From assembly GCF_006345805.1 (NCBI RefSeq), contig NC_043021.1, positions 10,478,001-10,542,000 on the forward strand: a DNA stretch of 64,000 nt, read 5' to 3'. Numbering within the stretch: the stretch's first letter is position 1; each line of letters begins with the position of its first letter. The DNA is from Octopus sinensis. Its lineage: Eukaryota. The translations under genes and the position numbers were made by a program. Positions 1-10,557 of this stretch are shown piece after piece. The notes under the pieces were generated by a model, which did no database searches, was not told the DNA's origin, and worked only from the letters and a program-made list of their open reading frames with translations.

Positions 1-134
1 AGAAACACAGTGTCGCACCAGAAATATGGTAATCAAAGGATTAAGTATGGGTCGTGGTGATGTGGGATTTTGACTATACACTGTCAACAACATCAAGCAG
101 AATTGGCAGTGTCAAAACAAATGAGTGGAAGCAT

Positions 135-375
135 GTTCCCTATTGGCTAAAGTGTTAAACTTACAATCTTTAGGCTGGGTGTTCGATTCTTGGACCGAGT
201 GGCTGATTGTGTTCTTGAGCAAGGCACTTCTATTTCGCATTATTTTAGTTCATTCAGTGGAATATGACTATCAGCAAAAGCTGGATCAATCCTGTGACAG
301 ATTGGCATTCTTTACAGGGGTGTCATGCACTCTCGATGGTTGAACATAATAGAAACCCGGATAAGCTTCTGTAAC
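135..375 (+). mobile_element. Degenerate tRNA-derived SINE, family C
   Basis: A-box-like tggctaaagtg, B-box-like gttcgattc, then gtgttcttgagcaaggcactt as in the copy at 32373. Confidence 0.6.
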
Positions 376-559
376 ATAAGGCAGACTTTAGACTAAATGA
401 CTCTGACAGCATTTAGTTACATCTATTTACATTCCGAAGTTTAACTTTTTGACTGCGTAATTAAATTTCATGGTCATTGCCATTAATGATGTTAATTATC
501 CACTAAAAGATAGAATAGATATTTTCTGCTTCTACAAAAAAACATATCTATTCTTGCAG

Positions 560-670
560 AAGATGCTTTTTCAGTATCTCCTGTAAATACAGTTTTCATA
601 TCTACCACTAAAAGTGTTTGATTCTTGCTCTGTAAAAGAGATATTAGCTGATGTGAAAAAAATTAAGAAA
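560..670 (+). repeat. Unclassified dispersed repeat, second copy at ~63550-63655
   Basis: ttcagtatctcctgt...ctaaaagt(g/a)tttgattcttgctctgtaaa...atgtgaaaaaa occurs at both ends of the window. Confidence 0.6.
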
Positions 671-734
671 ACCTAAAAAAAAATCATCTTTCAAAAAGAG
701 TGGCACTCAAAGTATCTCTGCTTCTCACAAGAAA

Positions 735-1074
735 GTTCAGTCCCACTGCATGGCACCTTGGGCAAGTGTCTTCTACTATAGCCTCAGGTCGACCAAAGCC
801 TTGGTAGACAGAAACTGAAAGAAACCCGTCGTATATATGTATGTATATGTATGTATATATATGTGTGTGTGTGTATTTGTGTATCTGTTTTTGTCACCCC
901 AATTGATAACCGATGCTGGTGTGTTTACATCCCTGTAACTTAGCGGTTCAGCAAAAGAGACCGATAGAATAAGTACTAGGCTTACAAAGAATAAGTCCTG
1001 GGGTTGATTTGCTCGACTAAAGGCGGTGCTCCAGCATGACCATAGTCAAATGACTGAAACAAGTAAAAGAGTAA
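735..1074 (+). mobile_element. SINE family A (CORE-like), 5'-truncated
   Basis: ccttgggcaagtgtcttc core, internal (TA/TG)n, conserved 3' half ending aagagtaa. Confidence 0.85.
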
Positions 1075-1195
1075 CAGATGGGTCAAATGACAACCTTTTT
1101 CTTTTTTCTAAAGTTGTGGGGTAATACCACTTTCCATAGTTAACAGTATCAAAAATTTGAGCAGATTTATTTGCTTTCCATGTTCAAAGGGTTAG

Positions 1196-2421
1196 CCCTG
1201 TAGTGTTCAGAGTATTCTATCAAACATAATGCTTACTGATTCATGCATCATCTCGTATCCTTGAGATTTAGATGATGTGATTGTTTAATGTAGAATAACA
1301 TTGTTGGTTAGGTGTGAGAGCCTGGATCTGGTCAGTTTGAACATGAAACAGATGGAATATTTTGACTATGTTCTTTTTTTTTTTTTTTTTGGCATCCTTT
1401 TGTCCCAGGAGACAATGGAGTTGGGCATAAACTAATCCAGTCTGGTTTTTACATTTCATGTCCTCTCCAGTTTTGTGCAGGCCTGGGCTAGATGTAAGAA
1501 AATCCTGGGTAGCCCAATCGTCAGGATTTCCTCTCTCGACCTTGCTGACATAGTCCAAAGGAGTGCAGGGCATTACGTTTGGCACCAGCTTTGGTTGCAG
1601 GAGCTGCTGGAAGAGTGTCGAGACGAACACTAAACCGCCTACAAGGCTCTACTCTGGATTTCTTTGAAGGTTGTCTCCTTCTTGTAACCCTGGATAGGGG
1701 CCCATACCGGGTACTGTCAGCCGGAGCCAGCTGAGCCTGGGACTCGTGTCAGGCATTGTCGTCACTCCCTGAAGTAGTGGAGAAAATCGCTACCCACTAC
1801 CTAAATTAGGGCTCCACTCTGGATTTCTTTGAAGGTTGTCTCCTTCTCGTAACCCTGGATAGGGGCCCATACCAGGTACTGTCAGCTGAGCCTGGGACTC
1901 GTGTCAGGCAAGGTCGTCACTCCTTGAAGTAGTGAAGAAAATTGCTGCCCACTACCTAAATTAGGGCTCCGCTCTGGATTTCTTTGAAGGTTGTCTCCTT
2001 CCCGTAACCCTGGATAGGGGCCCATACCGGGTACTATCAGCCAGAGCCAGCTGAGCCTGGGACTTGTGTCAAGCAGGGTCGTCACTCCTTGAAGTAGTGG
2101 AGAAAATCGCTACCCACTACCTAAATTAGGGCTCCACTCTGGATTTCTTTGAAGGTTGTCTCCTTCCCGTAACCCTGGATAGGGGCCCATACCGGGTACT
2201 ATCAGCCGGAGCCAGCTGAACCCGGGACTCGTGTCAGGCGGGGTTGTCATTTCACAAATTGTGAAGAAAATCGCTATCCGCTACCTAAATTAGGGCTCCA
2301 CTCTGGATTTCTTTGAAGATTGTCTCCTTTCCGTAACCCTGGATAGGGGCCCATACCGGGTATTGTCAGCCGGAGCCAGCTGAGCCCAGGACTGGATATG
2401 GCTGGTTTAAATGCTAGAGGG
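1196..2421 (-). mobile_element. piggyBac-type MITE family A, split by a ~1 kb insert
   Basis: Left part 1196-1367 and right part 2390-2421 (ggatatggctggtttaaatgctagaggg+TTAA) join into the MITE seen intact at 23153-23371. Confidence 0.75.
1652..2393. repeat. GC-rich 165-bp tandem repeat, ~4.5 copies, inside a poly(A)-tailed minus-strand insert (1368-2393)
   Basis: ctctggatt anchors at 1652, 1817, 1972, 2137, 2301 (periods 165/155/165/164); T-run at 1374-1390. Confidence 0.95.
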
Positions 2422-2984
2422 TTAAACATTGTTGAGGTTGACTTAACCATTAATTTTTCTGGTGGCGGTAAACCCAATATAAATTGAAAGAGTGGATCAG
2501 CTAAATACTCCTCTTGCAGCTTCTAAATGTGTGTTTCTGTGTGTTTCAATGTTGGAAATAGTGTTAATTACTCCAGTTCTGGTTTATTTTGCAGAAATAG
2601 CCAAGAACTTTGGTAAATTCAGTCAAGAGATAAGATAAAGAAATTAATAACTTGAGAAATTTCTTTGAAATTTACTTTTATCTATATTTCATTTTTTTAT
2701 CTTGCACATTAGCAAATAAATACTTATGCGTAAATTAAATTAAAAACATTTTTTTTTTTCTTGTTTATATTTATTAAAACTTGGAAAATATCCTTTCTAC
2801 ATCTGTTATTAATAAGATGAATCTTTAAGTTTTGATATTGGCACTAGAACAGCTTCTCTCTCTCTCTGTCTCTCTCCTCTTCCCTGTTTCCCCCTTTCTC
2901 TCAGCTGCTGCAGCAGTGGAAGAAAAACAAATAAAATAAACTTATATTCCTACCTATCTGCATATTAGAGAGAGAAAGAGAATT

Positions 2985-3140
2985 ATACAGGTTAGAGAGA
3001 GAGGGAAGGGACACACAGGTTAGAGAGAGGGAAGGGACACACAGGTTAGAAAGAGGCATACAGGTTAGAGAGAGAGATAGAGAGAAGAGTACATAGGTTT
3101 GAGAGAGATTAAGTACATAAGAAACAGATTTACAGACAGT
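2985..3140. repeat. GA-rich degenerate minisatellite
   Basis: Repeated acaggttagagagagggaaggg units. Confidence 0.7.
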
Positions 3141-3361
3141 TTAGAGGAGGCAGACATGCACCTTTCTCTACCTTCTCTGTCTGTCTCTCTCACATTCTGA
3201 TACTGTGTTTGCATATGAAAGAGAGAGAGAGAACTTTTGGGTAACACAATATTGGCCTTAGCTAAGCTAATATATTTTGTGTGGAGATTCCTTTTTCGCC
3301 TTCAAGACTCAGGAGAAGGCCAAGTGTAACATGCTGTGGTTGTTAGCAGTTCTGTTGCCCA

Positions 3362-3522
3362 GTGCAGGAGTGGCTGTGTGGTAAGTAGCTTGCTAACCAA
3401 CGACATGGTTCCGGGTTCAGTCCCACTGCATGGCATCTTGGGCAAGTGTCTTCTGCTATAGCCCCAGGCCGACTAATGCCTTGTGAGTGGATTTGGTAGA
3501 CGGAAACTGAAAGAAGCCTGTC

Positions 3523-3554
<32 letters not shown>

Positions 3555-3763
3555 TTGTGTGTCTGTGTTTGTCCCCCTAGCATTGCTTGACAACCGATGC
3601 TGGTGTGTTTACGTCCCCATCACTTAGCGGTTTGGCAAAAGAGACCGATAGAATAAGTACTGGGCTTACAAAGAATAAGTCCCGGGGTCGATTTGCTTGA
3701 CTACAGGCAGTGCTCCAGCATGGCCGCAGTCAAATGACTGAAACAAGTAAAAGAGTAAAGAGT
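3362..3763 (+). mobile_element. SINE family A, full length
   Basis: ggagtggctgtgtggtaag head, ggttccgggttcagtccc B box, CORE-like domain, (TA)n(TG)n, AAGAGT tail. Confidence 0.9.
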
Positions 3764-3873
3764 AGTGCACTTCAGTAGTAACCCATTAAATAGGTTGGCA
3801 AGTCATGAGATATAGTAAATCAATCATCAGTACATAACTGGTACTTTAGTTTACTGATTGTGAATGAGTGTGT

Positions 3874-4275
3874 AAGGCGGCGAGCTGGCAGAAACGTTAG
3901 CACGCCAGGCGAATTGCTTAGCGGTATTTTGTCTGCCGCTACGTTCTGAGTTCAAATTCCGCCGAGGTCGACTTTGCCTTTCATCCTTTCGGGGTCGATA
4001 AATTAAGTACCAGTTACATACTGGGGTCGATATAATCAACTTAATCTGTCGTCTGTCCTTGTTTGTCTCCTCTGTGTTTAGCCCTTTGTGGGTAGTAAAG
4101 AAATAGGTATTTCATCTGTCTTTGCATTCTGAGTTCAAATTCCGCCAAGGTCGACTTAGCCTTTCATCCTTTTGGGGTTGATAAATTAAGTACCAGTTAC
4201 GTACTGGGGTCGATCTAATTGACTGTCCCCCCTCCCACAGAATTTCAGGCCTTGTGCCTAGAGTAGAAAAGATTG
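3874..4275 (+). mobile_element. Two tandem SINE family B copies (Meta/MESC-like central domain)
   Basis: ggcggcgagctggcagaaacgttagc head; gcctttcatcctttcggggtcgataaattaagtaccag domain twice. Confidence 0.85.
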
Positions 4276-4996
4276 CGAATGAGTGTGTGCACACATGTAA
4301 CAAAATCGTTTACTTAACATGCATGTACACATACTGTTCACACACACAACACACAATTCATAGTCTTTCTTTGAAAAATCTTGCCCAGGCCTGTACATAC
4401 AACTCTAAATAACACACAAAGCTGTTAAATTCACTTGAAATTTATTTCACAAGGAGTCAAAAATATCCACCACACAGCTGCAACTTGGTCACTGACATAG
4501 TTCCATTGCAACTGTTGCTGCGAAACCGTCAGGAACAAGGTCTCAATTATGCACTGAAAATTTCTGCACCTCATCAAATAATTTAAATGGAAACCGAATT
4601 TAACCCTTTCTCTGTGAAACAAAATTTCATAGTTATTCCAGTAATGATGCTAAATATCTAACAAAAAAGGAGAATTGGTATTTTCTGCAAGTCATGCCGC
4701 CTCAGTAAACTTTACATATCTCAACAGAAAATAGTTTCAAAATGACATTCCTTAACAAAAGATGGATTGGTATATAAAAACGGCATTCTGCAGTTTAGGA
4801 TAATTAAATTTTGAATGGATATATCTGCTTCCTGCAGTAAAAAGGTTAATAGCTTTGAATGTTGTTAAATGTTATCAATTCCTTTGGTACCAATGTACCT
4901 GAGACTGCTCTTGGTTCTATGATAGAGGCACCCTGTTTTGAAGTGGTCTATACTAAAACCTTCCATCACAGTTCCACATTAATTTATGTTCCAAAT

Positions 4997-5145
4997 AGGC
5001 GTAGGAGTGGCTGTGTGGTAAGTAGCTTGCTTATGAACCACATGGTTCCGGGTTCAGTCCCTACTATAGCGTCTTCTACTATAGCCTCGGGCCGACCAGA
5101 GCCTTGTGAGTGGATTTGGTAGATGGAAACTGAAAGATGCCCGTC

Positions 5146-5193
<48 letters not shown>

Positions 5194-5408
5194 GTGTGTA
5201 TATGTTTGTGTGTCTGTGTTTGTCCCCCCAACATCGCTTGACAACCGATGCTGGTGTGTTTACGTCCCTGTAACTTAGCGGTTCGGCAAAAGAGACCGAT
5301 ATAATAAGTACTAGGCTTACAAAGAATAAGTCCTGAGGTTGATTTGCTCAACTAAAGGCGGTGTTCCAGCATGGCCGCAGTCACATGACTGAAACAAGTA
5401 GAAGAGTT
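4997..5408 (+). mobile_element. SINE family A, full length
   Basis: Same architecture as 3362-3763. Confidence 0.9.
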
Positions 5409-5424
5409 AAAAATGGGTCAAATG

Positions 5425-5735
5425 ACAACCTCATCACACTGACATGATGCTGCCACTGTTTGTCTTTTGTATCATTTCTACCACTGGAAGTGCTGTGATG
5501 AACTTTTCCCCTTAGTTCCAGATCCCTTTGTCCCATCTTGCCCGACTCAAAACTCACAGCGTCTTCATTCAGATGCTGTCGTGCCTCCATAAATAAGGAA
5601 ATCTTTCTATGGTTGTAGCTTTTTGCCTCGAACTCTCAGACTTTGGAATTCTCTTCAATCTCATTGTTTTCCCCTTTTCATGACCTGAACTTTTTCAAAT
5701 CGAAAGTAAATTCATTGCTTTCATTTTAACTTCCT
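5425..5735 (+). mobile_element. Degenerate 3' end of a jockey/CR1-group LINE ORF2
   Basis: Translates to DAATVCLLYHFYHWKCCDELFPLVP...IRKSFYGCSFLPRTLRLWNSLQSHCFPPFHDLNFFKSKVNSLL*, a typical LINE C-terminus. Confidence 0.75.
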
Positions 5736-6199
5736 CTTCTCCATAATCTGTTATACTTAGTAACTTTTTGCCTTGTTTGGGACTTAAAAAAAAAATTGAT
5801 AGAAAAATAAAAAAAAAGGTAAAAACAGCTCTTCCATGATTAAGTTGCTTTAGTTCCAGCACACAGCACTCGGATCATCTCTTGCTATTTATTGCTAGAC
5901 AAGTTCAAATCAGAAATGTTTATAAATTTTGTAAACTTTGTATTATTAACAAGACTTCTGTCATAAAAAAATTTTATTCTTAAAAAGTGTCACCAAGGAG
6001 AAAAGTTTAGAAAGGTCTACACAAACTTTTTGGCAAGATATCCGCTTTCCTCTAAATGGAAGAAAAAAAAAATTCCAATTTTAAATTCAGGATGTTTGTA
6101 TGTTGTCTAGAAGACTTCTTCAGGATGTTGGTATTGTTTTGTTTATATTTCCATGTTCTCAGAAACTGCAAGGCCATTTTTATTTTTCTGCTGAAGGGA

Positions 6200-6530
6200 G
6201 TGGAAAATAAGTGTTTGCAGGCATGAAGAATTGCTGCATGTTGCACTCAGTGACAAGGAATAACAGTCGAGAGAGAGATGGATGGATGATGGTGTGGTCG
6301 TTTTGATACTATGAATGGGTGTTAAATACCAGGATATGGTCTTGAGAGAACGGAAAGGAATGAGAACAGGACCTTGGTTGAGATTTTTTTCATTAAAAAC
6401 AACATCATAACTATCCATTGGAGAGACATAGAGAGCGGGTGAGGGTGGTAACCATTAAGTGAAATAATTAGGATGTTGAAAGCTGAGGAAACTGCAGGGC
6501 CTTTAGGGTATGATGGCAAAAATGTCAAAA
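6200..6530 (+). mobile_element. Highly decayed RTE LINE fragment
   Basis: Weak colinear similarity to the 7360-7720 and 30450-30750 RTE segments. Confidence 0.4.
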
Positions 6531-6914
6531 CTGGCTGGGGACAGGAAATAGCTAATTAATAATTGTACAAGATTATTTGCTGATAGGGTTATCTATGAAT
6601 GGCATGCCACAATCGTTGTCAACTATCTACTGCAGAGGTCAAGGACAGCACACACTGGACAGCTGGGATAATGGGAGATCTGTCTACATAGAGAAGGTAA
6701 AGATGTTGGGTAGTCCTACGGCAGCTCTGATAGAACAGACATGTAATCGAATGCATTCTTGTTGAGACCATCATTCTCTCTTTATTTAGATATGATAAAT
6801 CTAAAACATCCAAGATACCCCTACCTCTTTTTAACCCTTTAGCATTTAACCCTCTCGTTACTGTATTTAGTTTGAGATGCTCTGTGTTTCTTTCAATTAC
6901 TTATAATTTCAATT

Positions 6915-7038
6915 CATCATCATCATCGTTTAGCGTCCGCTTTCCATGCTGGCATGGGTTGGACGGTGCAACTGGGGTCTGGGAAGTCAGATGGCTGCAC
7001 CAGGCCCAGTCTGATCTGGCAATGTTTCTACAGCTGGA
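6915..7038 (-). mobile_element. RTE LINE 3' tail fragment
   Basis: (CAT)n then cgtttagcgtccgctttccatgctggcatgggttggac, the reverse complement of the tail at 8215-8343. Confidence 0.85.
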
Positions 7039-7094
7039 TAATAATATTCAATTCAATTCAATTCAATATATAATTTCAATTCAAATTAAATTCA

Positions 7095-8343
7095 GTTTTT
7101 GTATGTGGCAGATGCTCGGGAGCATTAACCTCTGAAAATCTGCAGAAAACAACTTCCGTCACTTTCCAGGGGGAAAAACTAGAAGTAGTTGATAGCTTCC
7201 GTTATCTTGGTGACCAAGTCAGTAGTGGGGGTGGGTGTGCTGAAAGTGTAACGGCTAGAGTAAGAATAGCCTGGGCAAAGTTTAGGGAGCTCTTACCTCT
7301 GTTGGTGACTAAAGGCCTCTCGCTCAGAGTAAAAGGCAGACTGTATGATGCATGTGTACGAACAGCCATGCTACATGGCAGTGAAACATGGGCCGTGACT
7401 GCTGAGGACATGCGTAAGCTCGCGAGAAATGAAGCTAGTATGCTCCGTTGGATGTGTAATGTCAGTGTTCATAGTCGACAGAGTGTAAGTACCTTGAGAG
7501 AAAAGTTGGACCTAAGAGGCATCAGATGTTGTGTGCAAGAGAGACGATTGCGCTGGTATGGTCATGTGGTGAGAATGGATGAAGATAGGTGTGTGAAAAA
7601 GTGCCACACCCTGGCAGTTGAGGGGACCTGTGGAAGAGGTAGACCCAGGAAAACCTGGGTCGAGGTGGTGAAGCACGACCTTCGAACTCTAGGTCTCACC
7701 AAGGAAATGACTAGAGACCGAGACCTATGGAAGTATGCTGTGCGTGAGAAGACCCGGCAAGACCAGTGAGAACAATCAAAATCAAATCAGAAAGCAGGGG
7801 TTAAGTGACCCATCCGTTCGTGTCCGCTGTCAGCCTCGTCTGGCACCCGTGCCAGTGATACGTAAAAGCACCATTCGCTCGTGGCCATCTGCCAGCTCTG
7901 CCTGGCCCCCGTGTCGGTGGCACGTAAAAGCACCATCCGTTCGTGTTCGTTGCCAGCCTCGCCTGGCCCCGTGCCGGTGACACGTAAAAGCACCGTCTGT
8001 TCGTGGCCGTTTGCCAGCTCTGTCTGGCCCCGTGTCGGTGGCACGTAAAAGCACCATCCGTTCGTGTCCGTTGCCAGCATCGCCTGGCCCCGTGCCGGTG
8101 ACACGTAAAAGCACCATCCGTTCGTGGCCGTTCGCCAGCTCTGTCTGGCACCTGTGCAGGTGGCACGTAAAAAACACCCACTACACTCGCGGAGTGGTTG
8201 GCGTTAGGAAGGGCATCCAGCCGTAGAAACACTGCCAGATCTGACTGGACCTGACGAAGCCTTCCAGCTTCACAGACCCCAGTTGACCCGTCCAACCCAT
8301 GCTAGCATGGAAAGCGGATGCTAAATGATGATGATGATGATGA
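7095..8343 (+). mobile_element. 5'-truncated RTE-clade LINE: ORF2 C-terminus, 3' UTR with minisatellite, (GAT)n tail
   Basis: Open frame 7101-7769: VCGRC...EVVDSFRYLGD...ARVRIAWAKFREL...LYDACVRTAMLHGSETW...RRLRWYGHVVRM...GRGRPRKTW. Confidence 0.92.
7808..8175 (+). repeat. ~60-bp minisatellite, six units as alternating A/B dimers, in the RTE 3' UTR
   Basis: gccagc..ctggc..gtgycggtgrcacgtaaaagcaccatccgttcgtg repeated. Confidence 0.9.
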
Positions 8344-8842
8344 TAACGAAGAATTTAGTAAAATAACTTAGTTATCATTAAGCTAGTGTTAGGAACATAA
8401 ATTGGTGGAAGATTTTAATCCAAAACTTATGAATACAAAACATTAGTATTCAGAGCCAGAGCTGGTTTCAGCCGGGTTGGTAACGAAAGGGTTAAACCAG
8501 CCATATCCAGCCCAAATATTCTTGTTTTCTGTTCAAACTAGCGAGATTTGATCTTTCACCACCTACCTTAGAATGTTTTTCTGAAAATAAACAACCATAT
8601 CATCAAAATCTCGAAGCTATGAGATGATACATGATAAATTCAAAACAATGCGAATAAGTAAGCATTATGTTTGACAAAGTAACTTGAGTGCTAAAGGGTT
8701 AAAGATAGGAGCATTTGGTTTGAGGGATTTAGTTACTGTTTTGGCAGTTTGAATGACCCCATAAAAACTTCCTTGTTGATCTTTTGCTATTGTTGGTATT
8801 ATTGTTTTTTATTTTGTTCTGAGAAATTAGGCAGGTGTATCT

Positions 8843-9220
8843 TTTATTTATTTCATTCATTTGACTGTGGTCATGCTGGGGCTCTGCCTTGAAGGGTTTT
8901 AGTCCGACAAATCAACCCCCAAGCTATTTTTTTTGTTAAGCCTGGTACTTATTCTATCAATCTCTTACGCTGAATTGCTAAGTTACAGGGATGTAAACAC
9001 ACCAACACCAATTGTCAATTGGTGGTGGGGGACGAACACAGACACTGATGTATACACATTCATATACATATATACATGCAATGGGCTTCTTTCAGTTTTC
9101 ATCTATCAAATCCACTCACAAGGCTTTGCTCAGCCCGAGGCTATAGTAGATGACACTTGCCCAAGGTGCTATGCAATGACTCTGTGGTTGGGAAGCAAGC
9201 TTCTTACCACACAGCCATGC
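8843..9220 (-). mobile_element. SINE family A, diverged
   Basis: Reverse complement of the family A body and head. Confidence 0.8.
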
Positions 9221-9668
9221 TAATTTTTATATTTTTTAAAATAAAAGATTGGAATTAAGTGTCTCAATTCTACGTGAGTATGTGTGTGTATGTAAAAGGG
9301 AGGTCTGTGAATGTTCCTCTGTGTGTGTGTGTGTGTGTGTGTGCAATGGAAGTGGGATGGTGAACATTCAATGCTGAAAAGAAAAATCAAACAGTGTTTC
9401 AACTCTGAATATGTGTGTATGTGTACAAAGGAAGTATGTGAACGTTTGCATGTGTGAACCAGTATTCTTTCAGTAACAAACGATGCTCGATGTCACATCT
9501 TAAAAGACAACCACTAAATAACATTGACAAGTGTATAAATTTGATTTGCCATCCATATTTATAAATAAAATACTGAAATTTTTGATGGCACGGGGCCAGC
9601 TGCTATAATATAATCCTTAATATAATGAAGCTACACTAAGTGTATCTAGTGTTTGTAACTGAAACTCT

Positions 9669-10040
9669 GCTAATCAACCACATGGTTCCGGGTTCAGTCC
9701 CACTGCGTGGCATCTTGGGCAAGTGTCTTCTGCTGTAGCCCCAGGCCGACCAATGCCTTGTGAGTGGATTTGGTAGATGGAAACTGAAAGAAGCCTGTCG
9801 TATATATGTATATATATATGTGTATGTGTTTGTGTGTCCGTGTTTGTCCCCCTAGCATTGCTTGACAACCGATGCTGGTGTGTTTGTGTCCCCGTCACTT
9901 AGCGGTTCGGCAAAGGAGACCGATAGAATAAGTACTGGACTTACAAAGAATAAGTCCCGGGGTCGATTTCCTCGACTAAAGGCGGTGCTCCAGCATGGCC
10001 GCAGTCAAATGACTGAAACAAATAAAAGAGTAAAGAGTAA
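9669..10040 (+). mobile_element. SINE family A
   Basis: B box, CORE-like domain, AAGAGT tail. Confidence 0.9.
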
Positions 10041-10336
10041 TCCTTCCTTTAACCATCCATCACACTCTCCCTCAGTAACTCAAATCTCACACTGATGCTA
10101 ATCACTCCTCAGAAAGAATGAAATAGAGAACGGAGGAAAGAGTTTTCTTGTAAATGTGAGTATCTTCCGGTCAGTTGCTATGTCACTGCCCAGCAATACT
10201 TTCCCCTCTTGTTAAAGTGACGTCAGTGTCGGCCTGTCTCGGTGTTAAACAAAGATTCTTCTACACAGTTATTTGATATGCTGAAAATAGTAGTCATATC
10301 TCAACCTTGTTTGCTAGAATAGAAAACAGACATTAA

Positions 10337-10557
10337 CCCTTTTGTTACTGTATTTATTTTGAGATGCTCTGTGTTTCTTTTAATTACTTTAAATATAACA
10401 AAGAATTTAGTAAAATAACTTAGTTATCATTAAACTAGTGTTAGGAATATAAATTGTGACTAAAGTTTGGTGGTATATTCTAATGCAAAACTTATGAAAA
10501 CAAGACATTTGTACTACAGAGCCAGAGCCAGTTTTGGCCGGGTTGGTAACAAAAGGG
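10337..10557 (+). mobile_element. piggyBac-type MITE B, intact, 221 bp
   Basis: TTAA|cccttttgttac ... gtaacaaaaggg|TTAA. Confidence 0.9.

Larger units (their letters stand above)
6850..8491 (+). mobile_element. piggyBac-type MITE B, inserted in an internal TTAA of MITE A and split by RTE sequence
   Basis: TTAA at 6846-6849 and 8492-8495; the two halves match intact MITE B at 10337-10557. Confidence 0.85.
6835..8698 (+). mobile_element. piggyBac-type MITE A hosting nested insertions
   Basis: TTAA|ccctttagcat at 6831; resumes at 8496 (accagccatatcc); ends ctaaaggg|TTAA at 8699-8702. Confidence 0.85.

Noticed and set aside
1652-2393. 55-aa repeat protein, or a twister/hammerhead ribozyme, in the 165-bp monomer
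   Set aside because: Every frame is interrupted by stops across units. GAGUCCCAGGCUC resembles a twister P4/L4, but I could not place P1, P2 or the L1 GAG, and the neighbouring bases vary between copies. There is no CUGANGA...GAAA core.
6577-6765. 62-aa ORF in non-repetitive-looking sequence
   Set aside because: No recognisable domain or splice signals; adjacent to decayed LINE sequence.
7787-8295. Repeat-containing ORFs and the repeat/spacer look of the 60-bp modules
   Set aside because: They derive from the RTE 3' UTR minisatellite. Variable parts recur between loci, so they are not acquired spacers.
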